Of a stretch of 64,000 nucleotides of DNA, positions 1 to 8,355 are shown in pieces. This DNA comes from a virus. Its lineage: Duplodnaviria; Heunggongvirae; Uroviricota; Caudoviricetes. Under the pieces are notes generated by a model. The model saw only the letters and a program-made list of their open reading frames with translations, had not been told where the DNA came from and did no database searches. Numbering within the stretch: position 1 is the stretch's first letter; every line of letters starts with the position of its first letter. The stretch spans positions 192,001 through 256,000 of IMG/VR virus record IMGVR_UViG_3300015615_000629; one strand, given 5' to 3'. The position numbers were made by a program, and so were the translations under genes.

Positions 1-60
1 ACAACTATAGCCGCTACCACAGCAGTAATCACAAACATCATGATATTCATCATTACTTTG

Positions 61-1032
61 TTATTCATCATTATCTCCCCATTTTAGTGGAATTTCATCT
101 GATTTGTTTTCGCCAGACCAACCAGCTCGTATCATAACAGAACTAGAAACCAATAATGTGGGAGCCAACATAATTAAGACATAAGGAGCGAAAACAGGGG
201 ATTCGTAACAAGACTTCGGATACTTTCCAGCAGCACTCATAGGAGTATAAGTTCTTGGGTTTAACATTACAGGAAAATTGTAGTAATCAACTTTACCAGA
301 CCTAACAGGCTTAGGACTTATGATGTAATCCACATCCCAGTCTAGGGGCAGGCCAACAGCTTCGGCATCAATTAAAACTTCATAATTTAATTTTGGCAGC
401 CGCTCCAAAATCATCCCGTCTATCTCCAAAGCAAGCGAATCTGCGTAAATTTCCTTCATGTAATCGAAATCTGCCTTATTGAAGAATTTAGTTTGATACA
501 TTAATGTTTTAGCACACACCGCCTCAGATTCACTAATCACCCCATCTTTCTTAGTAAAAATCAAACTAGCTGGTCCCAACATTGGCTGAACGGATATCAT
601 CCTTCTAAATTTTACCCTAAGCCAAACTTCCTTTGTAAGCCATAACATATTCTCTTTAGATACTTTGTTTTCGCAAAAACTAACATCCATTAATTCAGAA
701 CAGTTATTAAGCAATACAGAAAGACACCTTCTATCATCCAAGTTAATCGCATTTTCTAAATAACATGAATTTTTCCAATCATTTATAACTTTCTGTAAAG
801 GTGTTGAATCGTCAACCCATTGCTCAACCACCTTGGGCGGATTCTTGTCTAAATACCCTCTAACCTGTTCCAGTGTATATCTTCTATGTCCACCATCTGT
901 TCGTTCTGCCTTGAATTTACCTTGTACGTCCCAATCTCTTAACGTATTTTCACACACTTCCAGCAATTTCGCTGTCTCGCTAATACTTAACATTCGGTCA
1001 CACATTCTACTACTTCCTTTCTTTTTAGCCAT
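61..1032 (-). CDS. MerR-type HTH fused to a degenerate T4 gp23-like major capsid domain
   Basis: N-term LSISETAKLLEVCENTLRDWD..GGHRRY (MerR HTH); collinear gp23-like motifs ISVQPMLGPASLIF, EAVCAKT, LALEIDGMIL, FAPYV. Confidence 0.7.
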   Translation of the reverse strand: MAKKKGSSRMCDRMLSISETAKLLEVCENTLRDWDVQGKFKAERTDGGHRRYTLEQVRGYLDKNPPKVVEQWVDDSTPLQKVINDWKNSCYLENAINLDDRRCLSVLLNNCSELMDVSFCENKVSKENMLWLTKEVWLRVKFRRMISVQPMLGPASLIFTKKDGVISESEAVCAKTLMYQTKFFNKADFDYMKEIYADSLALEIDGMILERLPKLNYEVLIDAEAVGLPLDWDVDYIISPKPVRSGKVDYYNFPVMLNPRTYTPMSAAGKYPKSCYESPVFAPYVLIMLAPTLLVSSSVMIRAGWSGENKSDEIPLKWGDNDE

Positions 1033-1064
1033 AACTAGTAGATTCTCCTCTATAGTAGTAGAAT

Positions 1065-1859
1065 TTAATTAAAAATTGACAAAAATTCTTGATTTGCGGT
1101 TCTTTTTCTTTCGCCGGAAATGCCACCCTTGGCACGCCCAGAGCTAATCCGAACATAATCATTAGATAACACAACACCTTCAGACACGTAACATTTAGGT
1201 TTTAAACCTTTTACATATTCTTTTACATCAAAACTGTGTCCGTAGAACGTCGTTCCTGCATAAGGCGGATCAATGTATACATCCCCCTGTAAAGGCTCTA
1301 TATCGTTTATATCACAATAGTAGCCATGTATTCCATACATCTTCTCGCATATTAAATACATTCGCTCTAATAGCGTCTCAGGCATCGGCATCATGGGATT
1401 AACCGGCGACCGTCTATTAGAGGTCTCAGTAGGCAACCAATAGTTTCTAAAACTAGTGTTTTGCCACCGATTGTCCTTTATCCAGATTGCCTTACTACCG
1501 AAGCTAGCCGCTTGGAGAATCAAATAAACATAAGGTGTATCGATGTCAGCAGGTTGTTTGGATAAGCCTTCTGCATAAGATTTTATCTTAGAACGATCCT
1601 TGGGGATATCTTCAATTAGAGTCCTGAATCTGGCGATATCGAAAGTGCCTTCTCCAACCATTTTCCAGACAAGACCCCAAGGGCCTTTATCAAGCATATG
1701 AATCTGGTTTGTATTATGGCCGCGATTTAAGAGGGCAATAGAAACCGCACCGCAGCCACAACAAAGGTCGTAGAAATCGCCTTGTGGATTAATTATCCAA
1801 AGGATTTGATCAGCAATACGTTGTTTGCCACCTTGATAAGCCGTTGGGGGTTGAATCAT
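1065..1859 (-). CDS. Dam-like (D12 class) DNA adenine methyltransferase
   Basis: YQGGK N-term motif, DLCCGCGAV SAM-binding loop, DPPY. Confidence 0.8.
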   Translation of the reverse strand: MIQPPTAYQGGKQRIADQILWIINPQGDFYDLCCGCGAVSIALLNRGHNTNQIHMLDKGPWGLVWKMVGEGTFDIARFRTLIEDIPKDRSKIKSYAEGLSKQPADIDTPYVYLILQAASFGSKAIWIKDNRWQNTSFRNYWLPTETSNRRSPVNPMMPMPETLLERMYLICEKMYGIHGYYCDINDIEPLQGDVYIDPPYAGTTFYGHSFDVKEYVKGLKPKCYVSEGVVLSNDYVRISSGRAKGGISGERKRTANQEFLSIFN

Positions 1860-2164
1860 ATCGTTTTAACAAAGTTGGCTAAATGTCCACAAGTAAATTC
1901 AATAATCTTATCATGATCTTCCTGATCGTGAAATTCAAATGAACCGAAGGCACCTTCACCTTTTAAAACATTAGAGTAACTATCTAGTTCTAAGATTATT
2001 CTTGTTTTATAGTAAACTTTCAAATTGAAGGGACTCACCCCAAACTGAAACAACCCCTTATCGATTTCTACAACAACAGAAATTAGTTTCTTGCATAATT
2101 TATCAAAAGATATTCCCCTAGCAGTTCTTTTGCTAATCTCAAATTTAAGACTTTCAATACTCAT
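1856..2164 (-). CDS. hypothetical protein
   Basis: 102 aa ORF coupled to both neighbours. Confidence 0.6.
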   Translation of the reverse strand: MSIESLKFEISKRTARGISFDKLCKKLISVVVEIDKGLFQFGVSPFNLKVYYKTRIILELDSYSNVLKGEGAFGSFEFHDQEDHDKIIEFTCGHLANFVKTI

Positions 2165-2349
2165 TATTCCCTCTCCACAGAAATTACGTCTTTATCCGCT
2201 TTCAAATCCTTAATCTTCTCGATCTCTATCAATCCGAGAAGGCTTTTAATTCCAATACCTGTTACTTCCAAACCTAACGCCTCCATACGGTCAACATATG
2301 GGATAGTCGAGAAACATTTACTCTTTACGCAAACGGCAACTTTTTTCAT
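2164..2349 (-). CDS. small hypothetical protein
   Basis: 61 aa ORF with stop/start overlaps on both sides. Confidence 0.55.
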   Translation of the reverse strand: MKKVAVCVKSKCFSTIPYVDRMEALGLEVTGIGIKSLLGLIEIEKIKDLKADKDVISVERE

Positions 2350-3152
2350 CTAAACTCCGCTACAATTTCCTTAACACTCCCCCTTTTATCGCCATCGCCA
2401 CTTATACAACGTCTGCAATCCACGCTATACGTTTTGGCTCCATAACCAGAATACAATTCCCTAGAATACCAATTATAACAATTTGATATAAATACCGTGG
2501 CTCCCCTTTCCGCCGCCAGTTTAGCCTCCTCTGCTAATTTAATATGTTCCATTAACCCAAAACCGCCAGCGGAATAAGTGGTAAAACTTGAAGTTTCTGA
2601 CAAGGGGAAATAAGGAGGGTCACAATATACCAAATCCCCTTCTTTCACAAGAGCAAAAATTTCTTTAAAATCTAAATTATGGATTTCAAAGTTCTGTATT
2701 TTATCCAAAACCCCTAAAAGTTCGTTTCTAGGGAAATATGGAACTTTATACGCTCCAAATGACGTATTAAAGCCACCTTTGGAGTTATACCTACAAAGCC
2801 CATTGAAACAATGTCTATTCAAATAAATAAACATTATTGCTTTGTCGTCTGAGTCTACTGTCCTATTGAATTGTTTTTTAAATTCTAGAAAAGCCGGTTT
2901 GTTGTTATTTTCTGGGACAAAAAGACTTTCGCAAGCATTGATAAAGCCTTCTTTGTATGTCTTTAGGGCTTTCCAGACAGCGATTAGGTCGGAATTAACG
3001 TCATTAACGATAAATTCTGGATAATCTACATTTAAAGCGACAGCACCAGCACCCAAAAAGGGTTCGATGTATCTTTTAGCTTCTGGAAATTTAGATTTTA
3101 GGAAAGGAATAAGACGATATTTACCGCCTGCCCATTTGAGAAACGGTTTCAT
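2346..3152 (-). CDS. dam: DNA adenine methylase, Dam family
   Basis: PFLKWAGGK, EPFLGAGAV, YLNRHCFNGLCRYN, DPPY. Confidence 0.92.
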   Translation of the reverse strand: MKPFLKWAGGKYRLIPFLKSKFPEAKRYIEPFLGAGAVALNVDYPEFIVNDVNSDLIAVWKALKTYKEGFINACESLFVPENNNKPAFLEFKKQFNRTVDSDDKAIMFIYLNRHCFNGLCRYNSKGGFNTSFGAYKVPYFPRNELLGVLDKIQNFEIHNLDFKEIFALVKEGDLVYCDPPYFPLSETSSFTTYSAGGFGLMEHIKLAEEAKLAAERGATVFISNCYNWYSRELYSGYGAKTYSVDCRRCISGDGDKRGSVKEIVAEFR

Positions 3153-3672
3153 TTGGTAATTTATACGCCTGTACGTGAATTCTATTTCTTAATTCGTGCA
3201 ACTCGACTTCATCAAATTTACGGCGTCGATGAAGTTTAAGCATTAACATGTAATCTTTTCCATCTTCTAGATGTGGCCAACCAATACTCGTCACATAAGC
3301 AGGCTTACCAGCATCAATGGACGGCTGAATGATAACGGGTGGAACTTCTATTTCTGGGCTGTTCAAATCGGCCAATTGAATACCTAATACCTCCGCTACT
3401 CTCCAAGGTGCAACCACATCAACCCTAAAAGGTTGACTATAATTTCTCCCTAATTCGTTGGCAAAAATAGGAATAAGAGCAACTGCTCCTTCGTCCCCAG
3501 GATAAATATCGTGTTCTTTATACATTTCGTGCCAAACATAAGGTATTACACGATCTACCTGTAATTCAACCCAATGTTTTTCAACAGGAACCTCTATAGT
3601 GGTTTCCACCTTTGGCGGTTCAGAAGCAGAACAGCCAGCCAACAAACAAAGTAAAAACAGGTATTTTTTCAT
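3121..3672 (-). CDS. putative lipoprotein, paralog of 3674-4303
   Basis: MKK + hydrophobic core + LLAGC lipobox. Confidence 0.7.
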   Translation of the reverse strand: MKKYLFLLCLLAGCSASEPPKVETTIEVPVEKHWVELQVDRVIPYVWHEMYKEHDIYPGDEGAVALIPIFANELGRNYSQPFRVDVVAPWRVAEVLGIQLADLNSPEIEVPPVIIQPSIDAGKPAYVTSIGWPHLEDGKDYMLMLKLHRRRKFDEVELHELRNRIHVQAYKLPNETVSQMGRR

Positions 3673-3673
3673 T

Positions 3674-4303
3674 TTAATCCTCTTCTAGAACCCGATAGGC
3701 TTCGGCTAAATATTCATTTTCAAACTTGTATTTGCCATCGAATATCTTTTTTCTATCGTAATGTAATCTTAAAACTAAGGTGTAGCTTTTGCCAGCTTCT
3801 AAATGTAGCCAATAAACTTCGGCCGATTGGCCAGGATCGGATGCCATTACGGAAAAGAAAGCAGGATCACCTTCTGGCCCCCTTACAACATCAACAACTT
3901 GCCAATCTTCCAATGGTAAATTAATCTTAAATTTAACAATATCTAAATAACGAACATTTCCAAAATCTTCCCATTTGACAGGAATGTATAATAAACAACC
4001 TTTATCTCCTGCATGTACACCAGCACGTTCCGTAGTGTTCTTAAAGACATAAGGTTCAACTCTCTCTACTTTGAGTTTAATTTTCTCTAAAACTAAAGTT
4101 TTCTTAACAACGCCAATTTTAGGATGTCTTCTGTTGTAAATGGCTCTGACGACCAAAGCACCGCCAGCAGCGGATAAACTTGATACGACACTTACTAAAA
4201 CCAACAAAAGAACAACTTTAACCCAATAACTTTCTGTAATCTTCGCCACTGTATTCTCCAAATGTTTTATCTTCGTCCCCAAAACAATGATATACCAGTT
4301 CAT
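3674..4303 (-). CDS. membrane-anchored protein, paralog of 3121-3672 (true start probably downstream of 4303)
   Basis: hydrophobic segment VVLLLVLVSVVSSL; blocks shared with neighbour; track start overlaps SpoVR. Confidence 0.6.
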   Translation of the reverse strand: MNWYIIVLGTKIKHLENTVAKITESYWVKVVLLLVLVSVVSSLSAAGGALVVRAIYNRRHPKIGVVKKTLVLEKIKLKVERVEPYVFKNTTERAGVHAGDKGCLLYIPVKWEDFGNVRYLDIVKFKINLPLEDWQVVDVVRGPEGDPAFFSVMASDPGQSAEVYWLHLEAGKSYTLVLRLHYDRKKIFDGKYKFENEYLAEAYRVLEED

Positions 4304-5816
4304 CCCCGTTGGAATCCTTGGTAACTAAAAGTACATTTTTCTTCCAAATATGATTTATTGCTTGCATAACCGGCCTGACATAAGGAATATGTAAAGTTCT
4401 GCCATCGTATATGTGTTCAAGCATTAAGAATCCTTGCCCACGATGATTAGGATCCACTAGTCTGATTTCAGGTAAGCCGCCATTTAAATGTTTCTTTATA
4501 AGTTTAGCCTTAATCTTTTTGGGATCATCTTCTTCAATACGATACTCGCCATTAGGATATTTTTTCCACTCAAAGAATTCATTCTTTCTACAGAATTCCG
4601 GTGTAAAGTATTCCAAAAGCAAAGTGAAATCATTATTGTCCCGACATACTTCAAACACCTTATCCTTGCCTAATCCTAAATTGAGATTCCATTCTTCCTT
4701 AACCTTCATGTCTTTACATTCATCGTATTCTGGGCCGAATTTACCCTTGTTCCAACGATCTTCTATATCCGTTAACAAACTGAATCCCAAATTATAAGGA
4801 TTCATTGAATATTTTCCGCCCATAACTGCAACATGATTCATTGCATAATCAACAATTCCACAATCATCACTCGCTTGCCCCAAGCCACATAAACCCCGTT
4901 TACACATGATGTTAAAGTCTGTGTACGAGGCGAAACCTTCATTTATTGTCTTTGTCTGTCTTTGTGGAGCAAAATAGATAGATTCTTCCCAAATCATGGA
5001 AATAATATCTTGTTGCCACGGCTTCAAAGGTGCATGATCCCTTAAAAATCCTAAAACATCCTTAGTAGGTTCTTTAAATAAGCCTATTTCCTTCTCGACT
5101 TCCCTTTTGTAAATAGCCTTTTGTTGCTTTTTAGTCCATTCCTTTGGATTAATGTAATCATCCATGTAGTCGTGCCCCTCTCGAATCTTTAATCTAGAGG
5201 GATGTTCGACTTCCCTTTTATCAAAGATTTGATGAGGAACATATTTCTTTTCTTCCCAAGCTTTAGCCGGATCAATAAGAGTTTCCAATCTTAGGACATA
5301 ATCTAAAAATTGAGTTACACGTTCTTTTCCCCAACGGGACATGTATTTGCGAATTCTAGAGCCATGATTGGCAAATTCGTTTAACATGTTACGGTTTGTT
5401 TGAGAAAAGAATACATTATTCTTAAAGAAATGATTATGCCCTTGAGCGTGGACAATAACTGTAACGTGGTCAACGAGGGGGTTGGAATCGAGACAATATA
5501 TATGGGAAGGATTGGTATTCACAACCATTTCGAAGATTTTCCCGCCGCCATGCAAGAAGCGATGTTGCATCCCTTCGTATTCCATTCCCCACTTCCAATG
5601 CGGGTATCTTACGGGAAAGCCGTTATAAGAGGCAATTTCACTTATCTCATCATAAGTGAGCATGTGAATGCAAGTTGGAAAGAAATCCAACCCAAAGTCC
5701 GTACACTCCTTAAATATTCTCGGAATTATCTTCTTTAATTCCGGTGGTAACGGCAAACCTGGAGTAGTAGCATCGCCCATTAGAATGGGACTGCCATCAA
5801 TATAACGCTGACTCAT
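4218..5816 (-). CDS. spoVR: SpoVR/YcgB family protein
   Basis: PVRYPHWKWGMEY, IFEMVVN, HAQGHNHFFKNN, QTKTINEGFAS, NPYNLG. Confidence 0.93.
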   Translation of the reverse strand: MSQRYIDGSPILMGDATTPGLPLPPELKKIIPRIFKECTDFGLDFFPTCIHMLTYDEISEIASYNGFPVRYPHWKWGMEYEGMQHRFLHGGGKIFEMVVNTNPSHIYCLDSNPLVDHVTVIVHAQGHNHFFKNNVFFSQTNRNMLNEFANHGSRIRKYMSRWGKERVTQFLDYVLRLETLIDPAKAWEEKKYVPHQIFDKREVEHPSRLKIREGHDYMDDYINPKEWTKKQQKAIYKREVEKEIGLFKEPTKDVLGFLRDHAPLKPWQQDIISMIWEESIYFAPQRQTKTINEGFASYTDFNIMCKRGLCGLGQASDDCGIVDYAMNHVAVMGGKYSMNPYNLGFSLLTDIEDRWNKGKFGPEYDECKDMKVKEEWNLNLGLGKDKVFEVCRDNNDFTLLLEYFTPEFCRKNEFFEWKKYPNGEYRIEEDDPKKIKAKLIKKHLNGGLPEIRLVDPNHRGQGFLMLEHIYDGRTLHIPYVRPVMQAINHIWKKNVLLVTKDSNGDELVYHCFGDEDKTFGEYSGEDYRKLLG

Positions 5817-6988
5817 TTAGGCTGTTTTCCTAACAATTCCCTAATTGCTTTCTTAATCTGATTTCCACGTTCATCATCTGACAAACTTGGCGTATTAAAC
5901 CAACCCGTGTTAGTGCCAGTAATGGCAGTAGTCTTTAGGTTGGGCATTTTCAGATGGTTATCAATATACTCTTTAACCCCATCGTTAGAATAGCTCAAAA
6001 TCTGGCTAATTCCAACAAAATTAACCAACCTTGGAGCGAGGCTTTCCTTAATTGTTTCAACTAAAACTGGATTATCCGACTCCATGTTTTCACCATCCGT
6101 GAAATAAAACACATAAACATTCCATTTGTTTAAAGGAAATCTAGCCTCAAATTGATTGGAAATAAACTTAAATGCCGAAGAACATAAAGTACCGCCACCT
6201 GAACGGTATCGATAAAAAGTATGTTCATCTACTTCTTTTGCGACTACATCATGCCAAACATAACAACGTTCTACTCTGTCGTAAAACTGTCTAATCCAGA
6301 GGTCTATCCACCAGCACATATCACTAATAATATCACAACGATATTCATCAACTGAACCGGAGCCATCCCTTGCAAAGAAGATAACAGCATTGCTGGAGGG
6401 TAATTTTATCTCTTTATATTGCCTATATCGAAAATCTGAATTAATTGGAGAAACAAGTCGGACTTTTTCCTTCATCCCAGGAACTTTATGTAAAATATCA
6501 AATTCCTGGCTTGCTATTGTGCGTTTGTACGCCTGAAGCATGGTTCGCTTAGGATGAATTAGCGATCTGGGGCCGGTTAGAGAGATATTGTTATATTTGA
6601 TATCAATGTCCTCGAAAACTTCCTGTGGCTTCGGCTGAAGTGGAGGAAGTTCTAAATCTTCTCCAAGCAAATGAAGGATATCATCTAAATCAACACTGAT
6701 AAGGATTCCTTCGCCTTCGCCCTCACCGGCTTTATGTCCCTTGCCTTGACCTTGTTCATCTTTGCCGATTACATCGCCTTTTTTACCAGGGCCACGACCA
6801 ACACCAGAATTCCCAGAACCATGAACTAGGATGGGTTGGTCAATATTTGGAACAGATATGACAAGTTTCTTATCGCCACGCATTCCAAATATTTTGCCGT
6901 TATTGATGAGACTTTTGAGTTCTTTGCGGGTTTTGCCCGAATAAACATCCTTAAAGTCTTTGCGATCACTTTGAATCCGTTTAGTCAT
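5813..6988 (-). CDS. yeaH: YeaH/YhbH (DUF444) vWA-like protein
   Basis: Gly-rich linker, DLELPPLQPK, SNAVIFFARDGSGS (MIDAS), SGGGTLCSSA, FTDGEN. Confidence 0.9.
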   Translation of the reverse strand: MTKRIQSDRKDFKDVYSGKTRKELKSLINNGKIFGMRGDKKLVISVPNIDQPILVHGSGNSGVGRGPGKKGDVIGKDEQGQGKGHKAGEGEGEGILISVDLDDILHLLGEDLELPPLQPKPQEVFEDIDIKYNNISLTGPRSLIHPKRTMLQAYKRTIASQEFDILHKVPGMKEKVRLVSPINSDFRYRQYKEIKLPSSNAVIFFARDGSGSVDEYRCDIISDMCWWIDLWIRQFYDRVERCYVWHDVVAKEVDEHTFYRYRSGGGTLCSSAFKFISNQFEARFPLNKWNVYVFYFTDGENMESDNPVLVETIKESLAPRLVNFVGISQILSYSNDGVKEYIDNHLKMPNLKTTAITGTNTGWFNTPSLSDDERGNQIKKAIRELLGKQPK

Positions 6989-7407
6989 TCTTTATCCATA
7001 TTTTTAAAGTAAAGGAAAACTCCTTCGTTTTCATTGATTTCCAAACGGTTAATTCCAATATTTTTACCAATTTTAGACATTTGTTGGCAAATTAAATCAA
7101 CCATTTCCTCGAACCACTTTGGAGCGTTTTGTTTATGTCTAATTCCTAACATAAAACCTTTAACATCATCTGGTTCGTTGATATATGAAATATTGTTACT
7201 AAAGGCACCCAAAGTTACAAAAACCATCCTAGCCACCATTGTACAACGTAGTGGGTTATACTTCGAACAATAACTATTATCCAATACCCGTGCTAAATCA
7301 AGTTTGCTACAAGCCTCACTAAGCCACCCATTTTCACTCCAACGAGCGAGCAATTCCTCGTTGTCTAAATCATCTTCATTAACCCATCGGGTACTGTATA
7401 ATTTCAT
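6985..7407 (-). CDS. hypothetical protein, tandem paralog of 7404-7832
   Basis: shared DDLxNEE, KLDL, RCT, NISYI, GKNIGxNRLEINE. Confidence 0.7.
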   Translation of the reverse strand: MKLYSTRWVNEDDLDNEELLARWSENGWLSEACSKLDLARVLDNSYCSKYNPLRCTMVARMVFVTLGAFSNNISYINEPDDVKGFMLGIRHKQNAPKWFEEMVDLICQQMSKIGKNIGINRLEINENEGVFLYFKNMDKE

Positions 7408-7832
7408 TCTTGATCCAGGTTTTTATAATGCAAGATAATTGATTGGTGCTCGTTTATTTCTAACCGATTTAAACCAATGTTTTTACCCATATCGGTTATA
7501 TATTGGCAAATTGAATCAGACATTATGTCGAGCCAACTTCCGTAATCTTTACAGTTTAACAAACCACCAAAACTAACATATTCAGTGGCTGCCTCAATAT
7601 ATGAAATATTTAATTTAGATTGCAATCTTTTAAAGACCAATGCCGCCAAAACCGTACAGCGAACAGGGTCGTCATTCGAAGCAGCACATTTTTCCAAAAA
7701 CAAAGACAAATCAAGTTTATCAGACGCATTAAACATAGCCCAATAGGCCATTACTTCTTCGTTATATAAATCGTCTGAATCGGACCAATGGTTTTTAACT
7801 TTCTCATTTACTTTCTTATTTTTATACTGCAT
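7404..7832 (-). CDS. hypothetical protein, tandem paralog of 6985-7407
   Basis: same shared blocks; ATGA coupling. Confidence 0.7.
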   Translation of the reverse strand: MQYKNKKVNEKVKNHWSDSDDLYNEEVMAYWAMFNASDKLDLSLFLEKCAASNDDPVRCTVLAALVFKRLQSKLNISYIEAATEYVSFGGLLNCKDYGSWLDIMSDSICQYITDMGKNIGLNRLEINEHQSIILHYKNLDQE

Positions 7833-8160
7833 ACTTTTCCCTAAGTTTTTCCAACTGTTTGAGTTCCCTTTCCTTCTTTTTAGCAGCAGCGTTTTTGATC
7901 CGATTCTTTTCGCGTTCTTCGTACTTTTTCAATCTCTCTTCATCTTTTTTGGCTGTTTCACGACATTTTTGAAGGATTTCATTAAATTCTTCTTTTTCGA
8001 CTTTTTCAATTAAACGATAATTACGTGTGTCTAAATATCTTCGAAGAATTTGATAATCTTTTTCATCTACTTCGAAAAATCCAGTAATTGAATCTAGAAG
8101 AGAAGAACTATAATTATCGTCGCAGAATTCCCAAACTTTAACGATAGCCACACTTCTCAT
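7822..8160 (-). CDS. hypothetical coiled-coil protein
   Basis: 112 aa, K/E-rich C-terminus. Confidence 0.6.
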   Translation of the reverse strand: MRSVAIVKVWEFCDDNYSSSLLDSITGFFEVDEKDYQILRRYLDTRNYRLIEKVEKEEFNEILQKCRETAKKDEERLKKYEEREKNRIKNAAAKKKERELKQLEKLREKYAV

Positions 8161-8163
8161 GTT

Positions 8164-8352
8164 TTATTCCTCTTGATCCAGCCAATAATTATAATAATTA
8201 TGGAATGGCAAGCATCCAGATTTGCGACCTTCGTCGGCTTTTTTGTACAACGAACATTGCATCGCAATCCATTCCTGAGTCTGCCAAGGTTGCGGTCGCA
8301 ATCGAGCTACCGCTAACTTTAAATCTACCCATTTACTCCATTCGTCTTCCAT
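8164..8352 (-). CDS. small hypothetical protein
   Basis: 62 aa ORF filling the gap after prkA, SD-like GAGG upstream. Confidence 0.55.
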   Translation of the reverse strand: MEDEWSKWVDLKLAVARLRPQPWQTQEWIAMQCSLYKKADEGRKSGCLPFHNYYNYWLDQEE

Positions 8353-8355
8353 TCA

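Noticed and set aside
850-1000. IS607 transposon, suggested by the MerR HTH
   Set aside because: No serine recombinase domain or TnpB follows.
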